This document shows positions 11,353 to 23,348 of a stretch of 64,000 bases of DNA, in pieces (the first letter of the stretch is position 1; the number at the start of each line of letters is the position of its first letter). The notes below the pieces were generated by a model, which had not been told where the DNA came from, ran no database searches, and saw only the letters and a program-made list of their open reading frames with translations. Both the position numbers and the translations under genes were made by a program. The stretch is from NCBI RefSeq assembly GCF_001194135.2, contig NC_068988.1, forward strand, positions 11,462,874 to 11,526,873. Direction: 5' to 3'. Source of the stretch: Octopus bimaculoides (taxonomy: Eukaryota).

Positions 11353-11605
11353 GCTTAGTGGTTAGAGTATTTGACTCACAATCGTAAAGTCATGAGTTCG
11401 ATTCCCGGCAACGCGGTGCGTCCTTGAGCAAGGCACTTTATTTCACGCTGCTACAATCCACTCAGCTGGCAAAGAGTCAGCTTTGTTACATTCAGTGTAA
11501 TCTCGCTGAGAGCTACGTTGAGGGGTACCCGTGTCTGTGAAGGTCTCAAATACGCGAACAGGCGATTGGTCGATCGACTCATGAGAAACGCTCATCGTCG
11601 TAACC
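11353..11605 (+). mobile_element. tRNA-CORE SINE, family C (tail shared with 52708-52927)
   Basis: TAGTGGTTAG A-box, GAGTTCGATTCC B-box, CCTTGAGCAAGGCACTT CORE-like motif, and tail GCTACGTTGAGGGGTACCCGTGTCTGTG. Confidence 0.75.
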
Positions 11606-12599
11606 TGATTGCACCCATTTAGCAAGATCCTACACCATGGAAGGTTACATAGTCAGTGTGCATACTGGACATGGACGACAAACCAGACACTATTTCTAGG
11701 AAAAAAGAAATGAGTGGATTAATAGCAAATGCACCACGACCACTACCACCGCAGTAATGTGTCCTTCGTGTGAGCTAAGAAATAGATTACTGAATAACAT
11801 CTACCACATACAATACTCAGAATACAAACAACTCGATCGAATTGAATTCCCCAGAGGAGTCAAATAAAAGTATGGAAGCATCATAAAAAATGGATCATGA
11901 TCATACACTGGAACAGTTAGTAAAGAAACTAAGACAGTGGGTCACGTGGTGTGAAAATAAGAAATAAATTGTAAAATGTAAACCCCCTTTTTCTGACAAT
12001 AATTTAAAATTGTACTCAACCAAACTGTAAATAAACTGTAAAACTAGCAATGTAATGTGCTATGTGAGATACATTGAGATACATGTTACAGCAGAATAAA
12101 GGCATATGCGCAAACTATATAGAAGAAATTACTCGTAGTGTAGATAAAATGACCGATTTTTATTTTCACTTGTGTGAATACGCTTTAGAGGATATCTACA
12201 AACTTCCAACATACCACTCAGAAATGAAATAGGTCAATAAACAATGTTGCAATAAAAAGTCTTTCCTCTCATTTCAAAGATCCCACACTATGATAGGTTA
12301 CATAATCATTACCCATACTGGATATGGACAATAAATCACACACTCCTTCTAAAGAAAAATTAATGGATTAACAACACACACCACTACCACCACAATAATG
12401 CAAAGACAAAGATAAATTCGATTATCATAAACTAAATACAACTGTACACAGAATAAACCACAAAAGTGCACACAGAGAAACTACAAAAATACATACACAT
12501 ACAACACGTCCTTACGTTGGCACAACAAAGATAAACGAAAATATAAATACCATCTGAAACAACGAAAATAAAAACGATGTGACAGCGCACACATATAAA

Positions 12600-12956
12600 A
12601 TGTTGGCAAAACAACAAACACAAGGATAGAAAATCATTTGTTGTATGAGAAATCATTGAAAACAAAATGACGCAGTTGTGAGACGAAATATTTATGTGAA
12701 ACTGTTAAATAATTTAACTTACTAACATATAAATATTTATGGAAAAGTTAAATAACATCTACAGTAGCAAAAATGTCCTAAGTTAAAACCAAGGCTGGTG
12801 AAAGTGCTCATTTGACCAATAGGCAATTTTGATTGTGAAGAATGGATTCCGAACAAATTCGAAGAGAATTTAATGAATATGTTTGAAACGTGCGTGTACA
12901 GGAAAATGATACGAATCTCTTACAAGGATTGTCCAACGGAATAATATAGGTTAAAA
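12600..12956 (+). pseudogene. RTE-clade LINE ORF relic, part 1 (post-RT region)
   Basis: Frameshifted SCET, KLKPRLVKVLI*PI, NMFETCVYRKMIRISYKD, compared with the RTE consensus KLRLxKxLIxPI...FEMWCYRRMLRISWTD. Confidence 0.65.
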
Positions 12957-13279
12957 CCGTGATTCCCAACGTCGGAGATGGTAATATTGTGGTGGTGCAT
13001 GGTAATAATTTGGTGGGGCATGGTAGTACTTTGGTGAGGTATGCGTAGGGTTATGTTGAATTTATAAATTTTGTACGGAATGTTTCGTATACCAATAGAA
13101 AAAGGGGGCAATTCTAGAATGAATAATTTAAAAGAAATTCTTTACATCCCTTATGAGGACAGTTTTATCAAATTTGGGAAACTTTAGAGACAACAGGTCG
13201 TTTTTATTAAAATCAATAAGACCTGATGTCACTAAAGAGGAGATAGATTATTTCCTTCGATTTAGTGGTATGTGAAAAT

Positions 13280-13316
<37 letters not shown>

Positions 13317-13588
13317 TGTGCGCATGCGTGAATGCATGCATGTAATATATAACTGATCAGTACTGAAAGCAACACAATCTTAATTCCCTATGGAGAAATA
13401 AACTGGAATAGACTTATGTGTGCGGGTGTGTGGCGACCAAAATATTTCGGTACACAAGAAAACTGTGGTGCTGCAGTGTGTTGATAGGGCAATAAATGGC
13501 GATGGGGGTGTGGGATGAAAGAATTGAATTGTGTGAAATGGGTTGAAATGGAGTGGAGGAAGAGAAAGAGGAAGAAAGAGAGAGAGAG

Positions 13589-13675
<87 letters not shown>

Positions 13676-13678
13676 TAG

Positions 13679-13709
<31 letters not shown>

Positions 13710-14091
13710 CAGACAGACAGACAGATTTATGGTACTGGTAACGCACACACACATACACACACACATACACATACACACACACATGTATATATATGAAATT
13801 TATTTAAAATTTCATTAAAAAAACCATTTTCCTAAAAGTTGTGAGGTAAACACTCGGATCTTGGGAATTTCCTGAAGTCCTCCCCTATCTCGTTGGTTTC
13901 GTTTCCTATATTCGTTTCGTACACATTGCTTTTGAATCCGTTACACTATTTTTTTTTATATATTTTGTTTCCGGGAAATATTGTAAACATTAACCAAATT
14001 TTGAATAACATTGATTAAATATTACAAGGAGGCATCAGAATTTTAGAAATGATTCGATGGGGCATGGCCAAAAATTTGTTGGGAACCACTG
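12957..14091. mobile_element. Non-autonomous hAT (Charlie-like) element inserted in the RTE LINE
   Basis: TIRs CCGTGATTCCCAAC / GTTGGGAACCACTG (12/14 match); degenerate 8-bp TSD GGTTAAAA / GGATAAAT with central TA; internal microsatellites. Confidence 0.7.
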
Positions 14092-14300
14092 GGATAAATG
14101 AATGTGAAAGATGAAAACTCTTCAGCTTAAAGAAAAACCAAAAGCTCATCTACTTTGGCCATATTCGAAGAAGCAAAGTTCTGGAAAACATTATCATAGA
14201 AGGAAGAATAAATCGAAGAGGAACACGAGGCAGGCAAAGAGCGCAATGGCTGAACAACGTCACGAGCTGGTTGGACAACATTGACAAGGCAGCTGGAGAA
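14092..14300 (+). pseudogene. RTE-clade LINE ORF relic, part 2 (C-terminus)
   Basis: QKLIYFGHIRRSKVLENIIIEGRINRRGTRGRQRAQWLNNV matches the RTE motif KLxYFGHIxR...GK.EG.R.RGRPR.RW.D. Confidence 0.8.
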
Positions 14301-14885
14301 TTTTCACTTGATTGGAAAGACTTTTGTTGTAGTGTCATCAATGCGCTGCAGGCGTATGATTATTGGAAGAATGACCTTCGTAAAGAACGTCGAGATATAT
14401 GTATATGTGAGTGTGAGGGTGTTTGTATGTGTATACATGTGTATATACACATACACACGCATATTGAGAAGCAGAGAGAAAACGGGTGAAAGACAGAGGA
14501 GAAACAGAGAATAGAGAGAGAAACGAGCAAACAGAGAGGCGGAGGCTTCGCTTTGCATCTACGTCTGATCGGGTCCAGAAACAATGTAACAGCTCTATTG
14601 TTGGAAAAGGTTCTCCTCTCTAACCTCGGTTTGATTAATTCCATCAAAGAAATTTTGTTGATGGAAACTCCAATGAAGCTGATCGTTTATACACATGTAC
14701 ACACGATGAACACACACCAACAGACTGCATCCTCCATCTCTCCCCTCTCTCTCCCTCTGTCTCTCTCTCTCTCCTACTCTCTCATTCTCTCATTATCTCT
14801 CTCTCTCTCTCTATCTCTCTCTCTCACTCTCTCTCTCTCTCTCTATCACACACACACACACATATATATATATATAATCTTTCAA

Positions 14886-15088
14886 ATGGTTCAGTCGTTT
14901 GACTGTAGCCATGCTGGGGCACCGCCTATAAGGTTTTTTTCTAGTCTGATGTATAGACCCCACAACTTATTTTTTAAAGTTTGGTACTTATTTTATCGGA
15001 GCCCTTTGGTAAACCGCTATAGTACTTGTACATAAATACACCTACAGCAGTTGTGAAGCGGTGGGGAGACAAACACAGACACAAATAC

Positions 15089-15138
<50 letters not shown>

Positions 15139-15290
15139 GAGAGGCTTCTTTCAGTTTCCTTCTACCAAAACCACTCACAAGTCTTTTGGTCGCCCCGCGG
15201 CTATTGCGAAGGCACTTGCCCAGGGTGTCACGCAGCGGAACAGAGCCCGGAACCATGTGGTTGGGACGCAAGCTTCTTACCACACAGCCA
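14886..15290 (-). mobile_element. Full-length family A CORE-SINE with internal (TA)n
   Basis: Head CTTACCACACAGCCA, CORE GCACTTGCCCAGGGTG, internal microsatellite, tail TTCAGTCGTTTGACTG. Confidence 0.85.
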
Positions 15291-15429
15291 AAGAAAATCC
15301 TTTCTGTTATAAAAGCTCTTTCACGTTTAACTGCTTTTTCTTTGGATATTATACATAGTCTCTTCAATTTTATACAATTTCCACAAATATATACCCTCAC
15401 TTTTTCTCCTAATCTTAGACCTGGTCCCT

Positions 15430-15850
15430 TTTTCGTGTATATTTCATTGTTTTCTCAACATCTAGGTTGTTTCCTCCCTTGTTTCACATATTTTTCTTCT
15501 CATCACCCACCCTCCTTCCTTTCCCTATTTTTTTCCAAACACACTTTACGCACCCCTACGCATACTCCAACTATTTCCCAAACCAAAAGTAACCATCCAC
15601 ACCATACACAAGGCTATATACCCATCTCCCTACATAGCTATACAAGGACACACTGCTTCCGCTTCCTCCTTCCCACCACAATTCCCCCCACACACGCACA
15701 CATACACAGACCACCATACCTACATGGCGACTGAACTGTTTTCCTTTCTCACTTCTACTGATTTTTCTCTTGCATTTCATGATTTTGCTGAAGGACTCGC
15801 CTCCAAAACGTTAAAGACCATTTCCTTTTCCTTTCAAAGGTTAGATATAA
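15430..15850 (+). mobile_element. Decayed Penelope-like element fragment (RT thumb/linker relic plus HHR-like 3' region), PLE family 2
   Basis: One frame reads YFSSHHP..FLSL..RTPTHT......SNHPHHT..YIPISL (PLE motif KPTHT..YL...S.HP). The 3' region aligns with 24960-25070, including a degenerate HHR at 15783-15816. Confidence 0.45.
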
Positions 15851-15851
15851 T

Positions 15852-15902
<51 letters not shown>

Positions 15903-16743
15903 GCATATATATATACATATCTATATATATACATATATATATATATACATATATATATATACATATATATATATATACATATATNNNNNNNNNNNNNNNN
16001 NNNNNNNNNNNNNNNNNNNNNNNNNNNNNNNNNNNNNNNNNNNNNNNNNNNNNNNNNNNNNNNNNNNNNNNNNNNNNNNNNNNNNNNNNNNNNNNNNNNN
16101 NNNNNNNNNNNNNNNNNNNNNNNNNNNNNNNNNNNNNNNNNNNNNNNNNNNNNNNNNNNNNNNNNNNNNNNNNNNNNNNNNNNNNNNNNNNNNNNNNNNN
16201 NNNNNNNNNNNNNNNNNNNNNNNNNNNNNNNNNNNNNNNNNNNNNNNNNNNNNNNNNNNNNNNNNNNNNNNNNNNNNNNNNNNNNNNNNNNNNNNNNNNN
16301 NNNNNNNNNNNNNNNNNNNNNNNNNNNNNNNNNNNNNNNNNNNNNNNNNNNNNNNNNNNNNNNNNNNNNNNNNNNNNNNNNNNNNNNNNNNNNNNNNNNN
16401 NNNNNNNNNNNNNNNNNNNNNNNNNNNNNNNNNNNNNNNNNNNNNNNNNNNNNNNNNNNNNNNNNNNNNNNNNNNNNNNNNNNNNNNNNNNNNNNNNNNN
16501 NNNNNNNNNNNNNNNNNNNNNNNNNNNNNNNNNNNNNNNNNNNNNNNNNNNNNNNNNNNNNNNNNNNNNNNNNNNNNNNNNNNNNNNNNNNNNNNNNNNN
16601 NNNNNNNNNNNNNNNNNNNNNNNNNNNNNNNNNNNNNNNNNNNNNNNNNNNNNNNNNNNNNNNNNNNNNNNNNNNNNNNNNNNNNNNNNNNNNNNNNNNN
16701 NNNNNNNNNNNNNNNNNNNNNNNNNNNNNNNNNNNNNNNNNNN

Positions 16744-16787
<44 letters not shown>

Positions 16788-17437
16788 ATGTGCAAACATA
16801 CGTATTTGCATAGTTATAAACATATATATTAGATGTTGAAACATAACTTGATATAGGTTATTGCAGACAGCCAGACAAAGTAATACACATTCATGTTGCA
16901 AACAGATTTCTATGACACAATCATATACACACGTCTACATACATACATCCATACATACATATATACATACATACATACTTACATGTATGAATGTATGTTT
17001 GTATATATATACCTATATGAGTAGGTCTTTATTTGTGTGTAAATATTATTTTTTCCGTCTGTATATGTAGCTTTGAGTGGTTTGATTTGTGTGCGTATGT
17101 TTGCGAGCAGCCATCACCTACTCTCTCACGCCAAACATACCTCTCAGACAGGAGATGGTCTCTACAACATCATTGTTGCATTAATGAAAAAATATATTTC
17201 ATTTCCTTAAACGCTTTTAAGTAAATAGCTCAAATAACGAAAAACAACTACAAAAGAAAAAAATGGAATTGGATAAACAAATTTGCAGAGTTTAAACACT
17301 ACGTGTATGTTTGAATGTATGTATGTATGAATGTTTATATATATGTACTAACACATACATATATGCGTGTGTGTGTATATATATATTTATATATATATAT
17401 ATTCATATATATATAGATCCTTACATANNNNNNNNNN

Positions 17438-17468
<31 letters not shown>

Positions 17469-17813
17469 ATTCATATATATATAGATCCTTACATAAATAC
17501 ATATAATCAGGCACATATTTTGTGTGTGTGTGTGTGTGTGTGTCTGTGTTTGTGTGTCTGTTTGCCTACCTACATGTATATACACATACACACATATATA
17601 TATGTTCGCTGAGCTGTTTAGATAAAAGTTATATTATAAAACATGCACAGCTATTTCACTGTTAAAGACACCCGATAAAAAGAATGATTAGAGAGACTCG
17701 CTCATATACCAATCGATCGTAATAAATTTCAAGAGGTAGAAACGATTACATCTCGAACAATACGCAGAATGTCAAAAGGTAGAGGATGTCTTTACAAATA
17801 GAGGCACTCATAC

Positions 17814-18117
17814 ATAGCAATGTGGTAAAGAAGTTTCGTTCACAAAGTGTTGCTACCAGTTTCCATCCGGCTCCACCGAGAGCTCCGGCAAGTTTCTTGT
17901 AGATTTATGTCTTGTAAGTGGGTGTCTTGCCTCCCAACAACATGGCTTCGGGTTCAGTCCTACTGCGTGGCACCTTGGGCAGCTGTCTTCTACCATAGCC
18001 GTCCAGAGCCTTGTGAGTGGATTTGGTTGATGGAAACCGTAAGAAGCCCGTCGTGTGTGTATATGTTTGTGTTTGTGTGTGTGTGATTGTGTCTCTGTCC
18101 CCTACCACCGCTTGCAC
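17814..18117 (+). mobile_element. Family A CORE-SINE, interrupted head, 3'-truncated
   Basis: GGGTTCAGTCCTACTGCGTGGCACCTTGGGCAGCTG...GAAGCCCGTCG(TG)n. Confidence 0.8.
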
Positions 18118-18134
18118 ATTAGTGTAATAATAAC

Positions 18135-18255
18135 AACTTTGCTTTTCATCCTTTCGGGATCGATAAATTAAGCACCAGTTACATACTAGAGTCAATCTAG
18201 TCGACTGGCTCCGATCTCCCCAAAGATTTCGGGCCTTCTGCGTAGAGTAGAATAA
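18135..18255 (+). mobile_element. Family B tRNA-SINE fragment
   Basis: CTTTTCATCCTTTCGGGATCGATAAATTAAGCACCAG central domain. Confidence 0.8.
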
Positions 18256-18439
18256 GAATAACAACTAATCTAATGAGTAAGGCAAATATTTCCACTCTAC
18301 TACTGTATCGAGTATATTCTTCGCATTTTTGTAATTAAAAAACTGAAACAATCACCAATAGGCACACACAGAGTTGGGGGGGGGGGGGAGAGATTCTCCA
18401 TCTTCACAGATGATTGCCGTCTCTTTCTGCTTCTTTGTT

Positions 18440-18640
18440 GTAAATGGAATTTCTGAATATCCGGCCATGACCTCTTAGATGACTATTTAGTTCTGCTGCA
18501 GAGTCACATGGTTTGGAGCATAGATGAAAAACGAAAGTTCTATATACCACTGGATTGATGTGATAAGCAATGTTTAATGCACGTTCCGTTCTCTGGTGCC
18601 TTTCCATGAATTTGTGTGAGCAGTGCTCTCCCTAAAAAGA
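18440..18640 (-). pseudogene. RTE-type LINE C-terminal C2H2 zinc-finger relic
   Basis: KFMERHQRTERAL...FVFHLCSKPCDSAAELNSHLRGHGR, compared with F.C..C.K.C.S.AGL.SH.R.H at RTE ORF ends. Confidence 0.5.
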
Positions 18641-18909
18641 ACTGCTCATTCAAAAGAATCTCCACTGAATTAGGTTCCTGTCACAAAAAGTCACAACAAC
18701 GATTTTGGGTAAGTTTTCAGTAGCCCATATGCAGATTTCTAAAGTGTAGGCTTTCAACTGCTTAGATTACTACAAGTCATCAGGGAACTTCCATTGCATT
18801 GGACTTTTAGTACACGGAATGACAAATGGAGTTTTAGTCTCACAAATGAACCCCTAGAATATTTTGTTTTAAGCCTCGTACTTATTCTATCAATCGTTTT
18901 TGCTGAACC

Positions 18910-19217
18910 ATGGCATTTCACCGAGAATATTCTTCTCCGAGGCACAAATCTGGGTAAGGTTACTTATGGAAGACTAGCAGTCACCCATGCATACCAGGCT
19001 CCTATCTCTACGACACTGATGTTATCCAACGGAAAAGGAAAGACCGATACAGCTTGGCACCAATGACGTCGCAACTCATTTCAGCAGATGAATGAATTGG
19101 TGCAACGTGAAATAGTGTCTTGTTCAAGAATACAACACGAAACCCGGTCAGGAAATCGAACTCACTATTTCATGATTGTGAGCCCAATGCCCTAACCACT
19201 GAGGCATGCACCTTCAC
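18910..19217 (-). mobile_element. tRNA-CORE SINE, family D (distinct body)
   Basis: Minus-strand head AGTGGTTAGGGCATTGGGCTC...GAGTTCGATTTCC, CORE-like CTTGAACAAGACACTATTTCACGTTGC, then a body unlike families A and C. Confidence 0.7.
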
Positions 19218-20800
19218 ACACACACACATTATATATATATATAATCCAAGAAAGTTAGGAGTTGTGAATCCGACCCACTAAGGGATAATATCTATCCAAT
19301 ATAGTGCTAGATGGATGCCGAATTATTATTACACTAGTGTTTTTACCAAGTGTAATAAGTGGGTGCGGGTAAAAGGAAATTTGACCCTAAATTTCTACAC
19401 GTATTCCCCTCCATTTTCTTATTGCTATATATATATATATNNNNNNNNNNNNNNNNNNNNNNNNNNNNNNNNNNTATATATGTATATAAAGTAGTAAATG
19501 AAATAATTATGTATATACGTATTCTGTGGTAATTTTCTAATTTCAGGGTTGAAATGAAAGGGAACAGAAGATAAAAGAAAATAGTCTCGTAACGTTTATA
19601 AGAGATTGACAAGCAGCAACTGATAAACAACATAAAAGAATGGGGGAGGGATGCAAACATAGAAAATAATTCAAGAAACATCGAGAGCAGGATGAGGAAA
19701 AGTAGAAGAAATCTTGGATGATTAGAGAGAACAAAAGCTGAACGTGAGTGGTTTGGAAATTAAATTTGCAACACACGGGAGCTAAAGCATGCATCCATAT
19801 TTACTGTAGTAAGACAGGATAGGAGAATAGAAGGAAAAAAGGTTGATAAGTTAAAGAAAAACTTCAGAAGAAGAACCTTTTGCGAAACTTTGGAACTTCC
19901 TCTGCCCACGGCATAAAGTTTTACTGCATTCTGTCAATCTTTCCATCAGATACAGTTGCTTGCAGACATATACCACCGCCAAACACCTCGAATTCATTTT
20001 TATTTGATATACATATTTTGTGATTGCATGCAAGCATCTGTGTGTGTGTGAGTGGTATTTGTGTGTGTGTCTGCGTTTGTAAATATATTTGACGGTGTGA
20101 ACCCGTAAGACATACAGCTTTCGATTACATCAAAAACCTAACTTACCGATTCAATAAATATAAATCGATAAAATAAGTACCGTACTAAATTAAGCAGCGG
20201 GTCGATACGATCGTGTAAAACCCTTCAAGCTGGTGCAGCAATATGGGCCTAGTCCAATAACTTCAACCAACAAAACATGAAGGCGGAATATATGCACACA
20301 CATATTAATATGAATACGTATATTCACACCCATATATATCAATACATATATACACACACACACACACACATATATATAACGCATGCATTAATATAGAAAG
20401 AGATTTATATGCACTTATATAAATATATGTCCAGTAATTGTACATAATTGATTTCAAAGTATATGTGATCGATACTTCATATGAAAGAAATAATCTTTAA
20501 CATACACCCATGCCAAAATAACACAGGCGCATGGAATATATACATATACACATAAAGAGCAACATAGGAATGTTTGTATGCACATTTACACATACGTATA
20601 AATACACAGATACATATGTACGTCCAGAAGAGAGGATTTTCATACGTGTGCTTAGACGTTAACACAGGGCTTAGTTTGAGTTGCCCACAGATATTAGCTT
20701 ACGATAGCATATATATATATATACATATATCTGTTTCTTTTATCTACCTATCAAGCTAGCTAGCTATAAATGCATGTATACATATGTATGTGTACGCATG

Positions 20801-20857
<57 letters not shown>

Positions 20858-20859
20858 TA

Positions 20860-21073
20860 CGAGGGGTTCTCGAAAAGTTCCTGGCTTTAAGGGTGTTGCG
20901 AAAGACCCAGTTGGACGCCCGACCTCCCGAGTTCTTTTACAAGGTTTAGAAAAAACTGAAGGACCGCTACAATAAGTGTGTGAATGTGAGACGGGAATAT
21001 GTTGAATAAAATCACAATAAACTAATCCTCCTGTTTTCTTTTGCCCAAACCAGGAGCTAGTCAGCACCACTCG
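20860..21073 (+). mobile_element. Mariner-derived MITE / internal-deletion derivative (214 bp)
   Basis: TA on both sides; imperfect TIRs CGAGGGGTTCTCGAAAAGTTCCTGG / CCAGGAGCTAGTCAGCACCACTCG; internal FYKV*KKLKDRYNKCVNVRREYVE* is a mariner transposase C-terminus. Confidence 0.8.
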
Positions 21074-21302
21074 TACATAACTTTAATGTTCAATTACATG
21101 TAAAACTTACTACTGTATGAGAGCTCCTGTGTTTCTAATGTTATCCTAGCCCGGAAAACATTCAAAAGCGTTTCAGTCATCCAATGCTGCGGGTAAATAA
21201 CCGCCTTGCCGAAACGTATGTAGGAACTAATAATTTTTACTTGTGTTTATTTTAATTTTCCACTACATCTTCTCTGTTTATCATAACAGGTATCTTCTTC
21301 TA

Positions 21303-21517
21303 TTCTTTTACTTGTTTCAGTCATTTGATTGCGGTGATGCTGGAGCACCAACCGGAACTGTTTTTAGTGGAAAAAGTCGACCCCAGGACTTATTTTTAAG
21401 CTGAATATTTATTATATCGGTTTCTTGGTCGAAACGCTAGATAACGGGGACGTAAAGACATCAAAAGTGGTTGTAAAGTGGCGATGATTGGGGACAAACA
21501 CCGACACAAAGACACAC

Positions 21518-21549
<32 letters not shown>

Positions 21550-21692
21550 GTACGACGGGCTTCTTTCAGTTTGCGTCTATTAAATTCACTAACAAGCCTT
21601 TGGTCGGCCCGAGGCGATAGAAGACACTAAAGGTGCCACGCAGTGAGACTGAATCCAGAACCATGTGACTGGGAAGCAAGCTTCTAACTACA
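21303..21692 (-). mobile_element. Full-length family A CORE-SINE
   Basis: Tail, internal (CA)(TA)n, GGTGCCACGCAGTGAGACTGAATCC head. Confidence 0.85.
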
Positions 21693-21879
21693 TGCATTTC
21701 ATAAGTCCGTCCACAGTTACCGGCTACCATATGCCATCATACAACATATCCTTTTACTGGATATGCATGTGGAAATTCGTTAGTATAGGTAGAATTCATA
21801 CAAAATAATCAGAATACAAGAAGAAGGAATGAAAAAGCTTCAAGCACAAATCCCAACAATTGTTTCTAACAGCTGTTTC

Positions 21880-22130
21880 TAATGCATAGAAACGAGTGTT
21901 GTGATTTGGACTAAAGCCTGTTCATTCCATCTTGTATCATATAGATAAATATATATAACCTTTAAGATCTTAGTCCGTATTCCTGGGTTGATTAAAATAC
22001 AGTCCGTAGTATCCATAAATGTTGGGTAAGTTATATTCATGCGTTCATTTTTTATACAAACATAGATATATAGGCAGGATTGGGGAACATTTGGGTTAGT
22101 CCATCTCTTTTATTGATTTGGTCAAGAAGA
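21880..22130 (-). pseudogene. hAT transposase C-terminal dimerisation-domain relic
   Basis: LLDQINKRDGLTQMFPN / CLYIYVCI / ILKVIYIYL, compared with the hAT motif L.EMFPNV..ALRIYLCIP...ERSFS.LK.IK.YLRS. Confidence 0.45.
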
Positions 22131-22646
22131 GAAAATGTACACCGTCTTCAGTCACTTAGTAGGAAAAGTAATTGAAATTAAATAGAAGAATTCTAATTAT
22201 TTTGTAGTTAATAAGTATCTTGAAATTTCAGTCAGATGATGATAATATTTCGGAGGACATTTCAATGCATCGCTGTGAAATCGAATTGGAAACTCTGAGA
22301 ATTACGATAGAGTTTCTCAGTAGAGAAAGCTACCTCGACTAATCTCTCCGTCCCTCTGTCTCCTCTTGTCTCTCACTTTATATATATATGTATACACACG
22401 CACGCACACACACACAGACACACAGCAACATATATAGAAAATGTGATTAGATAGATAGATAGATAGATAGATATCTCTATCTGTCCGCCAGTCTAATCTC
22501 TCCCCTTTTCTTTCTATGCGTGTGTGATCTTTTGTACATAGATACATACCTAATACATACATACATACATACATACATACATACATACATACGTACATAC
22601 ATACATATGTTTGCAGAGAGAGAGATAAAGAGAGAGAGAGAGAGAT

Positions 22647-22696
<50 letters not shown>

Positions 22697-23277
22697 ACCG
22701 AGAGAGTTTTATTTCCTTATCCAGACGAACATGTAATTATTACGTTTTCCCTTTTGGTTACTTCTCTTGATTGAATATCTTATATATTTAGCTATGGATA
22801 TGGCAGAGGTCATGTGTTTGCATGTGCGCCTACGCAACTGTATAAACATACATGTGAGTGTGTGCATGGGTATGCGTGTGTATATGTGTATGTGTACAGA
22901 AATACAAATAATTTCATAGACACATACAGTCTAAAGGTCAAGAATAGAAATGGATTGTGAGCCAATATATACTGCAGCAGACTTTGCTATGGACGGCGAT
23001 CTAGAAACTGACCATGGAACGTTCGGCTCACCTGGCTGCAGCGGACTGATCATGTGATAAAATGAGGTTAATGACGTTCAACGGCAGATATAGGGTCGGC
23101 TCCATTCGAGCGCGACTATGATCAAAGCATTCCCAACCGCGACAAAACCATCAAGTCTGCGTGATGCGCCTAATGCTTCGAATTTTTTTCTGCTTTTCGT
23201 TTTTAAGACCTTTGGGGATGATTTGTAGCAATTTGAGCTGCTATTAATCTATAGTCTATATCCCATTTTGGCATTTA

Positions 23278-23346
<69 letters not shown>

Positions 23347-23348
23347 TA

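Noticed and set aside
14560-14650. Minus-strand ELIKPRLERRTFSNNRAVTLF and 39500-39545 VDVWNNLP, CR1/L2-like 3' motifs
   Set aside because: Too short and diverged to call without a search.
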